Assembly (NCBI GenBank): GCA_013239625.1
Contig: MU054400.1
Location: forward strand, 3,355,032 to 3,419,031
DNA length: 64,000 bases
Direction: 5' to 3'
DNA from: Lama guanicoe
Lineage: Eukaryota
Numbering within the stretch: position 1 is the stretch's first letter; the number at the start of each line of letters is the position of its first letter. The translations under genes were made by a program, and so were the position numbers. Shown piece after piece: positions 10,915 to 23,614 of this stretch. The notes beneath the pieces were generated by a model, which was given only the letters and a program-made list of their open reading frames with translations, was not told the DNA's origin and made no database searches.

Positions 10915-12290
10915 ATTGCAAGTCTATTGCACCTTTTGTAGTTCTTAGATATTCTATTTTGGGTTCCCCCCCCCCCAGTCTTTTTACTCTCTGCTTTTCA
11001 GTTTTGGAGGTTTCCATTGAGATATCCTCTAGCTCGGAGAGGCTTTTCTCAGCTATGCCCAATCGACAAATAAGCCCATCAAAGGCATCCTTCATTTCTG
11101 TCACAGTGTTTTTGATATCTACCAGTTTTACTTTTTGGTTCTTTTTTAGAATTTTTATTTCTCGGCTTACGTTTCCCATCTGTCCTTGCATGCTGTCTAC
11201 TTGATCCATTAGAGCGCCAAGCATGTTCAATCGTGGTTGTTTTAGATTCCCAGTCTGAGAATTCCAACATTCCTGCCACGTCTGAGTCTGGTTTTGATGC
11301 TTTCTCTGTCTCTTCAAATTGTGTTGTTTGCCCTTTAGAACGCCTTGTAATTTTTTCTTTGTAGCTAGACATGATGTACAAGGCAAAAGGAACTGCTGTA
11401 AATGGGTGCTTAGTAAAGTGGTGATGAGGTATGGGGGGAGGGGACGCTTTCTACAGTCACGTGATTGGGTCTCAGCCTTTAAGTGAGTTTGTGCCTCTGG
11501 ACTGTGGGACCTCATATGTGCTTCGGAGTCTTCCTCTTACTCTCCACCCTCTCCCCCCGACCCCCACCAGCCCTGCATTCGGAGGAACAGGAAAGCTCGA
11601 GGAGACTGGAGGTGGGTGTTTTCATTCTCACAGGGAGTTAGGCTCTGACAAAAATCCAGCATGTTAGTCTCTGGTTAAATAGTTTCTCCTGAGGGAATAA
11701 CCTTGTTAAGAACAGAACACTCTGGTGTATTTGAACGTGGTTTCTCGTCCCTCTGCTGTAAGCATGAGAGAGTTCTCTCCGATAGGCATTGTGAGAAGCT
11801 GTAGAGCTCCTGGAGGTAAAACTCACAAAAACATGGGGTCTCCCTACGACTGCATCTCCCCCCGGAGGTTGTTTTCTTTTTTTTAACTCCAGGCTTGTCC
11901 ACACTGAGCCTCCATCAATTCATCAAAACAGGTGAGTTTTCCTGCTCTGGCACTCGTTCCCATGGAGATTGCTGCTCATGGTTTTCTGCTCTGGTAAGAC
12001 TTTTTGTTTTGTTTTTTTTTTAATGGCGGCACTGGTGATTGAACCTAGGACCTCATGCACGCTAAGTGTGTGCTCTACCACTGAGCTGTGTTCCTGGCCC
12101 TGCTCTGATAGGTTTTATTCTCTATATTTATCAATTTGTCTCTCCAATTTTAGGGCCAGTGGTTTGCCCTGTGACCTTACTTTTCTGACGGATCTAAGAA
12201 GAATTTTTAATTTTCTAGCTTGTTCAGCTTTTTAACTTATTATTAGGATGGCAACTTCTAAGCTTGTTATGTGCCAGATTGAAGACCAGA
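10915..12290 (-). mobile_element. Old L1 5' region and ORF1 remnant
   Basis: ORF 10823..11515 includes MDQVDSMQGQMGNVSREIKILKKNQKVKLVDIKNTVTEMKDAFDGLICRLGIAEKSLSELEDISMETSKTEKQR, the L1 ORF1p coiled-coil pattern. Confidence 0.85.
12001..12100 (-). mobile_element. tRNA-derived SINE (camelid vic-1-like) nested in L1
   Basis: Minus strand reads gggccaggaacacagctcagtggtagagcacacacttagcgtgcatgaggtcctaggttcaatcaccagtgccgccatt plus an A tail. It has an A box and B box, and a TSD-like pair tgctctggtaag (11987-11998) / tgctctgatagg (12101-12112). Confidence 0.85.
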
Positions 12291-12449
12291 CGTCTCCCAT
12301 GAGATTTTTAATCTTTAGCAGTGGGACTTTCCCAAATATGAATAGTACGAGGCAAGTATAGAACAGCAGTAACTTGGAGTAGGTAGATAAGGTGTAGTTC
12401 CACCAATGAGAAGACTTGGATGCTTCTAGTCTTATAGGACAGACTCAAA

Positions 12450-12940
12450 GGAACAGAGACTTGAACAAGAATGGTCATAGCAGTATTAGTCATAATAGAC
12501 CAAAACTGGAAACAATTCAAATGTCCATCAACTGGTGAATGGGCAAAAAATGTAGTATGTCCATGCAATGGAATAATATTCCACAATGAAATAGATAGCA
12601 GATACATGATGAGACGTGGGTGGACCTCAAAAACATTTCATTAAGTGAATGAAGGCAGACACAGGAGACTGTCTCTTGTAGGATTCCCTTTGAAATGTTC
12701 AGAAAAGGCACATATACAGAGACAAAGTAGATTAGTGGTTGTGTAAGGTGCAGAAAGGGGGTAACTGGGAGAAACAGGGATTAACAGTAAATGTACATGA
12801 GAGAATATACTAGCAAAATGCTCTAAAAGTGATTTATGGTAATGATTGCCCGACTTGGTAAGTTTACCAAGAAAAAAATTATTGAATTGAACACTTGAAA
12901 TTGATGAATTACATGATATGTAAAATATACCTCAATATAG
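12450..12940 (+). mobile_element. Old L1 (L1MC/L1ME-like) 3' region
   Basis: caaaactggaaacaattcaaatgtccatcaactggtgaatgg...ggacctcaaaaacatttcattaagtgaatgaaggcagacacagg...tacctcaata. Confidence 0.85.
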
Positions 12941-14859
12941 TATTTTGTTTCAATTCCAAAATTCAGTTTGTATTTTAAAATCCTGTTTGCATGACTCTGC
13001 CTCCCAGCCTCAGCAAGTCGGTCGGATGGACCATTTCATCTGATTACTGCTGAAGGATTTACACAAAAGATGCAGAAACTTCAAATACGGAGCTAACACT
13101 TTGAATCCCACAAGACCAACCCAGAAAGGTTTTTTTTTTTTTTAATTAACAAATCTCTGGCTTTGATCCACCTACAATGTGTTCGTATTTCTGTAGATAA
13201 GAGTTTTAATTGATCAGGATTTTTATCCTATTTTCTTCTCTCTTCCTCAAGAATCTCCTCCTGGGGGAAGAGACAGACAGACAGAAGCATTTGAGGCAAC
13301 CTCAGATAGCAACCCTATTCATCCCTGCACTCCCCATCACCTAGGAGCTCCATATTTACGAGCTGAATAAAAAGGCAGGCAGGGCATTTATATTTCACTG
13401 GGGAAACATACATGGCCCCCCGCCCAAGCACCTCCAAACAGAGCAGCTGGTTAAACACACCACCAGTGGGTCAAATTTGTGTTTGCAGGGGAAACAAATA
13501 ATTAAAACAGATCAAAGACTCAATGTGATAATTAGAAACATGCTCATCAGTCACCGCTGAGGATCTCCACTGTCAAAGATGGAGAAAAAGCCACAGGCAC
13601 TGTTTTCAGACTGTCCTCAAGCCCCACCCCCATGCACTGGGTTTAGTTTTCTTTCTCTACCGATGGGCGATCGTTTCTGCTTGCCATATTTGCAAACCAA
13701 AGGATCCGTCCTCTTCTTCCTCAGCCTGGTGGCCTCTCAAACATCCTTTTAAGACAACCTCAAATGCCACATCCTCTGGGAAGCTGGTCCCGGTCCCACA
13801 GGAGAGGCTGCCAACGCCACTGCCAGACCTTACGCCCCACGAAGGTAAAGCCTGTGTCACTCACCTCCGTGCACTTCTTCCTGGCATCCAGCTCACTCAG
13901 ACACACACCAGTAACTCTACAGAGACGGTATCTCGTCCCCTCTTAGAAGGGCCCACAACACACCCCACCGCCTCACGTGTCCAACCTCCACTCGCCTCTC
14001 GATCCCCAGAGGAAACATTCAGACCGACTACTCGCTCCATCTCTAAAGTGTCTGCACCAGTTCTCACAGACTTCCTCCTGTCTACAAGAGGAGACACCCT
14101 TCCTCCTCTTCAAAGCCACGCCTTCCATTCTATCCTTTTCCATTTCTTTGTTTTATCAAATATCCGACGTCCCTCCTGATGCTTCGACCTCTCCCTCCTT
14201 TCCTTCTTACCTCGGTCTCTCAGCAAACGCCAGTCAACAGAGCCCTCGACCTCTGTCTCACACCCACACAGGTACACACGCGCACACAAGGCACTCGGTG
14301 ACAAGGGAAGGGAGGCAGGAAGGGAGGCTGAGGAGGGGGAACCAAAGAGGGACGATCCAGGAGTCACTTAACAACATCACACCGCCTACCTGTGGGCCAG
14401 ACGCTGACGGCAGCAGTCCCCACTCTGACAGGTGCCCAGGCCCGATGGCTGCATCTCCAAAATGATTCTTGAATCCTTCTCTCCTGCCACGACTTTCCTG
14501 GCTCTCCAAGACCCTGACAGGCAACAACAGACAGCTGCCTCCTGAACTCACTGACTCCAGCCTCACCTTCAGGTGACATCTGATCACGTCACCTGCTCAT
14601 ACACCTTCGCTGGCTCCCCATCTCTTGGAGATCAATGTCCACCACTTCTAAAGTCAGCACCCGGAGCCTTCCTGCCACCCCCCACCCTCAGTCCAGCCCC
14701 ATCAGACGACTTGCCCCCTCTTACCTCCACCATGCTCACATGCTCTGGGCCTCCACACGTGGTCTTTCCCTTTCTCATCTTTCAAGATCCAGCCTCCTTT
14801 CCTCGTGCACACAGCACAATCCCAAATTTAGCACTTCCCACCCTGCCTGGGTGCTTGTC

Positions 14860-14970
14860 TGTCTCCATCCAAACGGTAAAGATCCTTAAAGCAGGGACTC
14901 GAATTTGCTCATCTTCACTTTGCAGGGCCTCGTGCAAGGCCTGGCACATAGTAGGCATCTTAATAGGTTT
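14860..14970 (+). mobile_element. L2 3' end
   Basis: gtaaagatccttaaagcagggac...aaggcctggcacatagtaggcatcttaata. Confidence 0.7.
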
Positions 14971-14981
14971 CAATATTACTC

Positions 14982-15535
14982 AGTTATGGTAAAGGCAGCA
15001 GACCAGGAGAGGATTGCCACTGGAAAAATAGTTGGTTACTCGCAGTTCCTAAGAGAAGAGGGAGGGCACCCAACACTCAGGGGCCACACAGAGTAGCACC
15101 AGAATCCGTCAGGAGGCAGAGGGAGTGAGGGGACCAGGTGGACAAGAACCTTTATTGTGGTTTCCATGGAAGGTCATGGTAGGGTAAGTGGGCTTAAAAT
15201 TGGCTCGTTTGAATAATTCCAGAACACTCTGGGGTGTAGGGCTCTTCCTAGTCACCTGGCATCTGGCCCTCGGGTGATAAGGCCAATAGATATTGGTCCC
15301 AAGTGTGAAAATCCAGTAAGGGAGGTAGTTAGGGGGTAGACTCTGGATCAGTTGCTTTGGAATTGGAAAGGCAGCCCTGGGAGGAGGACTCCTCCCCAGG
15401 ACGTGGGAGGCAGCAAGGGAGATGGGACGCCAAGGCAAGGTGATTCAGGCATAGGCATCGGTTTGTCCAGAACAAGGTGTGTCTGACATTTGCATGCAGG
15501 GCAGACCTTAAAGCATGACGTTTACAGGATGCCAG
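14982..15535 (-). mobile_element. ERVL LTR (MER74/MER54-like)
   Basis: gttatggtaaaggcagcagaccagg...ttactcgcagttcctaagag...gtcaggaggcagagggagtgagggg...cctttattgtggtttccatggaagg. Confidence 0.7.
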
Positions 15536-15585
15536 AAACATGGTTAATACAGTGGGTGCTTAAAGGAAGTAGAAATAATGACCAA

Positions 15586-15800
15586 GTGGATGGATGGAAC
15601 AGTGGTTTGATGGGTGAATATATGGATGGGTGGGTGGATGGATAGATGGATGAGTGAGTGTGTGAATGGGTGGATGGGTGGTTGAGTGGGTGGATGGATG
15701 GGTGGTTGGATGGATGGATGGATGGATGGAAAGATGGATGGATGGGTGAGTGGGTGAATGGATGGATGGATGGTGGGTAGGTCGGTGGGTGGATGGATGA
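15586..15800. repeat. (TGGA/TGGG)n tetranucleotide repeat
   Basis: Extended tggatggatggg... array, which explains the HP-rich ORFs. Confidence 0.92.
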
Positions 15801-17499
15801 AAGATGACTCACATGCTAATAGTTTTGGGTGTCTAGAGAGATCACTAAAACATTTAGATTTTCCATCCTTTAGTTTTTTTACATATTTCAAATATGGGAA
15901 AATTCTGATTTGTCTGTAAGCAATTTTCAGAAAGACTTGAGAAATAACAACAGTTTGGTTTTTTTTTTCATAGCCTGGCCATGGTTACATATATTTTAGA
16001 GATACCGTTTATTCACAATTTTTCCTTCTAATTTTGGTTAAACATAAAACTTACTATAGTTCTAAGTTAGGGCAGAGGGGTGGGGAGTGAGGGGAGTGTG
16101 GAATCTGTATTCACCATCCAGTAAATGCAGTGACACTGCAATGTCCTGGTTTTGAAGACCTCATTTGTGCTGAGACAATCTGAGACCTGGGGTGGGATGT
16201 TCAAGGTCAGAAATAAAGAGGATTTTAGGAAAACTGAGCCTGAGAATGGTTCAGTGGCTTCAGAAATGACTACACTGAGGTTGACACCACATGTGCCTGA
16301 GGCCTGACGCCCGACCATCTCTCTGTCTCTCTGCAGCTGCAAATATAAATTTTTTGCCCCCAACTAACAAAGTCCTGATGATTTCAAACCGAGTGCAAAG
16401 ATGTTTCAAAAGGAAGCCACGCTCTGAAAACAGAGTTCAAAGTCCAACTCTCAGATGCATCCCAGAAATATCCCTGCCATGCAGCCCCTACTTTAATGGG
16501 TTTTACGCCATTTTAAGGGGATTTTAACTTTTTTACATCGGCATTACCAATCTCATTTAAAAAATACCCTGCCAGTTTACGTAAGCCGAGTTAGTATAAA
16601 TCCAACAAATACAAAAAGAAGAGAGATTGCATTTATAAGATGGAATATGGCAAACCATCGCTACTACTGAAATCTCATTTTCAGATGGTTCTGGTCTTCC
16701 CTCGGAAAAGCGTTGGAGGACATCTAAGATGCTCGGAAGGCGAATGTGAAACTGAGATTTCCACTGTTCCCAGAAAGAAAGCCGCCGGGACTTGTGTAAG
16801 CGTGCGAGGCCTTTAGCTGGGAGCTAATAAAAAGTGGGGCAATAAAACACATTATTGCCGTCAGGACAAGAGAGACGGTATTTGGTTAAGCAGGCCAGAA
16901 AGTTTATTGCCTGTTTCTCAGGCTCCAGTTCATTAAGCGTCGCTGTTGAAAACCACGGTGGATCCGAGTTCTCAATGACGTGGACTCTCCTGGCGATGAG
17001 AGATTCGGGGAACCGCAGACTAAACCTGTTTTGTCTTTTCCCCACAGGGCGACAGAGCACAGGGAGCAGACCCCGGGCAGTCAGCACACCCAGCGCCTCA
17101 ATCCGGGGACACGCAACAACGTTGCACAAACAGTGAGGCATTGTCAGGGGCCTGAGGGGACTCCAGCCTCCAACAGTAAAATCACATCCCCTCCAACTTT
17201 GTTAGTTCATTGCTGTTTTCTCTGTGATGGGTTAACTGCAGCAGCTGGACCACAGGGGCAGTCACTGTCCCCCCGCCCCCATCTTAGGGACCATGTTTCT
17301 TCTTTCTGCCCTGCCACCATCCCTGCACCAGGGTAAATTTGCTAACTTGCAGGAAAACTTTCAATTAAACAAAACAAAACAAAATCCTACCCCCTACCCC
17401 CATTCCTCAAAATTCCTTGAAGAATTTCAAATTCAAGCCGCAGCACCTATTAAAAACAGTCCCAGCTGACTGCGATGCACAGGCCAGGACTGACAGCCC

Positions 17500-17797
17500 T
17501 GAATATTATCTCTACATATTATATAGAAGTTGCTACACTAGAATAATACTTTGCAAATGCTGGGTTAGTTTGAATGTGGACTAGATATTAGATGACATTA
17601 TGAAATGATCGGTGACTTTCTCAGGTGTGATGGCAGCCCTGTGGTTTAGGAAAAGAGAAATACACACTCATAGAGACAGAGAAATCATATAGAGCAAAGC
17701 GGAAATCACTGAATCTACATGGAGGCTATGTGGGTGTTCATTTCACTATTATTCCAACTTGTTGCTTACTTCGAACATTTTCATAACAAAAAGTTGA
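17500..17797 (+). mobile_element. Old L1 (L1ME-like) 3' end
   Basis: gatattagatgacattatgaaa...gtgggtgttcatttcactttattccaactt...acattttcataacaaaaagtt. Confidence 0.55.
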
Positions 17798-19269
17798 AAT
17801 AAGGAAACAAACACATATTGTTATTATTGCTGTTATAAAATATTTATTATAACTACTATTTATAACAAGGAGAAAAATTTAAATCTTTACGACCCAAAGA
17901 TTTCCCATGTCAAGATATGCTAATCATTCAGAATTCTAAGAGAAGATTAACCCAGAAAGTGACCCCAAAAAGTGTGCTCTGGGGTGACAGTGGGGATGTG
18001 AGGCTCTTTCTCTGTGGGGTCAGGTGTCCTTTGCACAGACTTCGGGGAAAGCAGGTCAGGAATGTTCGTCAAAAGCATTTCCCCAGCGATTTCACTGCTA
18101 AGATTTAAGCCTGAGCAAGTAAGCAAACGAAGAGGGCTAAGATCTATACATAAGGATGTTCAGTGTAGCGCAGTTTATAAAAGAAAAAACAGCTGGCCAC
18201 CAACCAACCATCTCTCGCTCGGGGTCTGACATAGCCACATGGGGGACAAAGACTAAGGCTCAGCCGTCACAGTTTAGGACAGAGGTCTGCAATTTAGGAT
18301 AGCGGTCTCTGTGTGGTAACCTGCGGGCATATGTCCACAGCTGAGAAATGCAGGTTAGGTGGAGACAGGCAGACAGATACAGACAGGGAGACAGTATACA
18401 TTTACCTTTTTATTTTTATTTTTTTTGATCTTTGGTCTTTGTTTCCAGAAAAAATTTTAATGGTCATTTATTTCTTTTGTAATTAGTGGGGAAACCCATT
18501 TGGGAACTAAAGAGACCCATGTCTGGTGACCCAGAGTTAATCAGTGGGGCACAGCACTTGTCACACGACCCTGCCTGTCCCCAAGGAGGGGAAGGACCGT
18601 TCTTGCCAGTTTCCTGGTCACAGGCTCTGGGGGAACACAGGAACCAGGACCCCCTTCCGGGGACCAGAGAGCGAACCCAGCCACCCAGCCCTCAGGCTCC
18701 TTGGGAAGAAGAAAGAGCCTGCGGCGTCATCCTCCCCTCCTCCCTCCTGGCTGCCAGGCTGCATTTCATAGTTTGACTGAAAGTGTGCCATCCAGTCTGT
18801 CTCTCCACAAACAAACGGAATATTCTGAGCTTCCAGCATTTGGAGGCACACAGCTTGCATCTTTTTACGAAGAAAAATAAACACTGTGTCTGGTAACAAC
18901 CGAGTCCTGACGGAGAAAACACGCCTGCATCCAAATCGACCCGAGCAGCCCGGGCCGCAGACTCCAGGCAGGTGAGGACCAGCTGGGCGGCGGGGATGGG
19001 GCCCCGGCTGGGGGCGGGGAGCGTTCGGGAGGACACCCTTCGCTGGTCACGTCCCCACAGTTCCTGAAGAACAAAAGGCACAAGTTGTTTATTCCAATGG
19101 CAGCAGTCAGTGGCGGCGCCCGACTCCCTCTGGGCTCCCGGGTCACGACTCCCATCATTCGGTTTGGCCCCCTTCCCGTCCCCGTCCCCCATCCTCCAGC
19201 TGCTCTGGGGACCAGCAGGAGTGGACAACCACTCACAGAATTTTCCAACTCATTCCTTAGGACAGTTGA

Positions 19270-19460
19270 GCAGTGGTTCTCAAAGTGCGGTCCCCGGACC
19301 GGCAGCATCCACACATGGGCGGGGAGGGGGCGGGGGAGGGGGCAAAGGGCAAAGAGCCGGCCACGGGAATCTGCACCCACTTACAAACTGTGCAGAAGGC
19401 TCAGCCAGCGGGTTCTGCTGATGCCTCTTCTACCAGGACTGTGTCTCATGGACACTGCTC
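19270..19460. mobile_element. MER5A-like hAT MITE, GC-shifted
   Basis: gcagtggttctcaaagtgcggtccccggaccggcagcatc matches the MER5A terminus. Confidence 0.55.
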
Positions 19461-21199
19461 ACTGCAAGGAAGGCTGGGCAATGTAGATTTTTTCACTGGG
19501 CCCATTTGGTTGGGATGCGCGCGCGCACACGCATCCCCAATAAACCAGGGCTCAGCCAGGGAGGAAGCCGGGAAAGAAGGCTGCGGGGAGGTGAGGTGGG
19601 CGTGCCTGCCGCGGTCATTTTCTGTCTCTTCCTCATCCTTCCTCTCTCGGGCTCTTATAGCAAAGGGACTAAGGAGATCAGGTCCACCATCTACCCTGGA
19701 GACTGGAGGGCGCTGGGGTCGTCAGCTTTCCTGCAGGGTCCATCCACGTCCCTGATCGCCTTCCGCGTAAAGATAGGAGAAGGTAACCCCCTCTCTGGAC
19801 TCTCTTCTCATCTTTGGCTGATACTCTTTTGCAGGCAGCTCACTGCTGACGCTAGAGAGCTGTGCTCACTGTTCCTCTCAAGAGCAGCTTCCGTAGGAGC
19901 TACCTGCGGGCGCATCCCCGTCCGTCCTGAGCGGGAGCTCTGTGTGCGGTGCCCGCAGAGAACGCATCTTCCTCCGGCCCGCACAGCCATGCCTGAGCCC
20001 AGGCCTCCCTCTGCTGACCTCTCCGGTCTTCTCGTTCCCTCTTTCCACGTTCTGCACTGACCAGACTTAGCACCTGTAGCTTCTCCCAGACCTTGTGCCT
20101 GTCCCCCTCCAGACTTTTGTACATTCTCTTCCTGCTGCTCAGAGTTCTCTTCCCTGGCTTCAGAGTCTGAAGTTCATTCCACAGGTCACAGCTTAGTCAT
20201 AAATTTCTCCAGAAAGGCTGGCCTAACCACACAAGCCCGGGTGAGATGCCAGTCCCCTGAGCTCCCTTTGTCCACCCCAGTCTGTTTAACCTTCGTTCAT
20301 TGGTGCTCTTGCCCACATCCCCTCCATCAATGACTCAAGACTAAAGCTGGACCAGCAGACAAAGCAAGTGGATCTGGATACAAACGGCAGCAATAGACAG
20401 GAGCCACGTTCTTGTAATAAGAGGGCTTCCTTCTTGTAAGGATAAACCGATTTAACTGTCCCCTGGCACCAGGATCACCCGATGGGATATTTTTGAGACT
20501 TTCTTTCACAAAGAGAAGTCATTGGGATATAGTTGCTAAGTGAACAGTGAGAGGAAGAGGGGAGGAAACTGAGTCCATCTCCAGATTTTGCATGATAGCC
20601 AAGAAATTACCATCCACCCCCACCAAAGCTCACCAACACCCTTCCCCTGACAGCAATGGGCCACGAGATTTCCACACCAGGCTCTGAAAGCAGGGTCTCT
20701 CCAACGGGTGCCTGTTTCCCTGCCTTCTGCCTGGGGGTTTCCTATAAAAGCATCACATGTCCCTGAAAATGATAATCAACTGTCTCCAGGCTCCTGTTAT
20801 AAACAGAGACAGCCAGGCCATGATGGGGAAGCCATTGTCTTGCACCTAAATGCCAAAGCTGGCCAGGGCTGTCCTGGGGGGAGTGCGAACCTTCCTCAGT
20901 CCCCAGTCAGCACATGGACTATGTCAGGACCTCATTCATCTGCAAATAAAGCCTCCATTTACTGAAGAGATATGGATTCCTGCTCCCAAGGGAACAGAGC
21001 AAATCATAGTCATGTCATTCCTCCTCCTTCACCACACTGTGACTTTATTTCTTTGGGGTGCTCTTCCTCACTCAAAGGCCATAGGCCAGAGAAGCTGGGG
21101 AGACCTTGGTAACAGGTGTTCCTAAGTAAACAATGGGGGTAAGTCAAACATGGTAAAGGAAAAAAACAATGTCAAAGGACAAGAGAGACAGGAACGAAT

Positions 21200-21345
21200 A
21201 CTCATTTAACCTAGTATGTGCCGTGCACCATAACACTCATTATCTTAGGGCCCACAGCAGTCTTCTGCGATAGGTATTACCATGTAACAAATGAGATGAT
21301 CGAAAATCAGAGAGGTTCAGTAATTTGTCCAAGGTCACACAGCAG
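21200..21345 (-). mobile_element. MIR SINE
   Basis: tatgtgccgtgcacc...ataggtattaccatgtaacaaatgag...agagaggttcagtaatttgtccaaggtcacacagc. Confidence 0.7.
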
Positions 21346-22078
21346 AGGCAGGTAATCCCAATAGGATCACCTTTTTTTTTTTTTTCTTTTCTCTCCTCAC
21401 TTTCATGGGGCTGGGCTTCTGCTCCTCTGCAGTGCGAAGTCCATCTGTTATCAGAAGACCCCTCCCCCCCGGCCACCAGCTCACTCGCTCCCATCTAGGC
21501 CGCTGGCTTGTGGGAACCTTCATGTCTGTTTGACAAACTGCAGGAGAGAACGCTGCTCCAGGCCCTGGTCAAGCTGCAAAGCTTTTTGGAATGAAGAGTT
21601 TAAAACTCACCTTTTTGAATGATCTCAACTCTGAGAGAAACAGTTACAAACCAGAATTCTTTGGCTGTGATCTGTTGGACGATCTGGACACTTTCCCCAG
21701 CATGTGACATCATTTTCCTTCCAGATTTCAATGTTAAAAATAGCCTGGCAAACCCTTTGTACTATTGTCTCCTTCAAACACAATATGGATTGTGTGTGTT
21801 GTTTACCACTTGAAAGAAATGCTTTGTGACACGAGATATGTGGACAGGCTGTTCCAGTGGCCAAGGGGACCCAGAGACTCGGACTTACACTGAACACTCA
21901 CGCACCTGCACGCACGCACATAGGCTGCGCTAACCTAGTTCAGCCTTCAAACAACCGGCTGCTAAGTCTCCTTCAAACAACCCTGTGAGGTGTTCAAATT
22001 GACCAAAACTCGGCAGGAAGCCCCATTTTCTCTCTCCCATTTGTGTAGCTCAGGCAAGAGCTTGATCAGGAAGAATTT

Positions 22079-22591
22079 AAAAATTTTTTAAAATTTTTAT
22101 TGAAGTTGATTTACAGTGTGTTGGTTTCAGGTGTATAGCAAAGCAATTCAGTTATACATATATATTTCTTTTTCAGATTTGTTTCCATTAGATGTTATTA
22201 TAAGATATTGAATATAGTTCCCTGTGCTATATACTAGGTCTCTGTTGTTTATCTATTTCATATGTAGTAGTGTGTATCTGTTGATCCCAAACTCCTAATT
22301 TATCCCTCCACCCTCCTCTTTTCCCTTTGGTAACCATAAGTTTGTTTTCTATGTCTGTGAATCTCTTTCTGTTTTGTAAGTAAGTTCATTTGTATTAGTT
22401 TTTAGATTCCACATATAAGTGATAGCATATGACATTTGTCTTTCTCTGCCTGACTTACTTCACTTAGTATGATAATCTCTAGGTTCATCCATGTTGCTGC
22501 AAACGGTATTATTTCATTCTTTTGTACGGCTGAGTAATATTCCATTGTATAAATACACTACATCTTCTTTATCCATTCATCTGTTGATGTC
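22079..22591 (-). mobile_element. 5'-truncated L1 with perfect 16-bp TSD
   Basis: Antisense cetartiodactyl-type L1 3' UTR flanked by tgatcaggaagaattt at 22063-22078 and 22592-22607. Confidence 0.93.
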
Positions 22592-23450
22592 TGATCAGGA
22601 AGAATTTTATGCCGTCTTAAAATTTCTAACTGCTTTTCTGCTGGATGGGTGCAGCACATTTTGTCCAAGAAAGAGTCCTGCATCATTAAATGTGAGGCAG
22701 GAGACCTCCTCAGCCCCAGACCTTAACAAAGGTCTCTCCCTCTCTAACCACTTTCAATGCAGAACAGGCTGATGGACAGACGTGAGGACACTTGCTGTGG
22801 AACTAGAACGCCTCCTGGGAGCCCAGGGATGGGGAACTGACCTGAGTCTTTGAAGCTCACAATACTAGAGCCTCTTGGTCGGACTAGAACATTCTAGCCA
22901 TGGTAGCTGGCAGGACAGGAGCACGAGCTTGTCAGAAACAGGCGTTCGACTGACAAGCCCAGCTCAAGCCAAGCTGGCCGGGCAGTCCTCCTGAGCCAGT
23001 TGCCCTGAGCAAATGCGGCAGAATCTTCAGCCAAGTGTGTAAGTGGCTTCCCTCAGAGACCCCCAGAGGCTGCCAGGATCTGAGCACAGGGCTGGGGGTG
23101 GGAGGGGTTGGGGCAGGGTGGGAAAGTCCTGACATTTGGAAACAGAATTGATCCCTTTAAACAGAACAAACCCCAGGGTGGCAGGGAGACCCCAAGAAAC
23201 GGGGTCCTGGACATTCTGTAAGGTGGGCCAGTGGGTGATGGTGGCTCACTGTCAATATTACAGGAAGACATCACTCCTGGATCTGTGCCCCAAGCTGCTA
23301 CACTGGGGTTACACCTCATGCCTCACACCCGACCTGTAGTAAACACAGAGAGACTGGGGTGTCCCCTGCCAGGCTTTTCCCCCCTCTAAAGACTTAGCGC
23401 TTTGCCTGCTCCTGGGGAAGTGGGTGCAGACTGTGAAAACGAGTCCCATT

Positions 23451-23614
23451 GAGGGTCACCAGGTCGTGCACAGGACGCCCAGTCAACCTGGAGCTTCAGA
23501 TAAACAATGAATAAGTTCTTAGTGCAAGAATTCCCCAAGTATCACGCTGCTGTTTATCTGACATTCAAGGTTAACTGGGCATCCTCTCTTTTTGTGCGCG
23601 AATCCAGCAGCCCT
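23451..23614. mobile_element. MER53-like palindromic hAT MITE
   Basis: caggacgcccagtcaacctggagcttcagataaacaatgaataa ... tgtttatctgacattcaaggttaactgggcatcct; the two arms are reverse-complementary. Confidence 0.8.

Noticed and set aside
10823..11515. 230-aa coiled-coil ORF as a novel gene
   Set aside because: It is a degenerate L1 ORF1 remnant that runs into a CA microsatellite.
12020..12100. tRNA gene
   Set aside because: It has an A-rich tail, a TSD and no intact acceptor stem, so it is a SINE.
15522..15891. His/Pro-rich ORFs
   Set aside because: Translation of the (TCCA)n repeat.
18692..20124. Cluster of 130-184 aa ORFs on both strands
   Set aside because: Expected in GC-rich sequence; they overlap in many frames and cross a MER5-like element.
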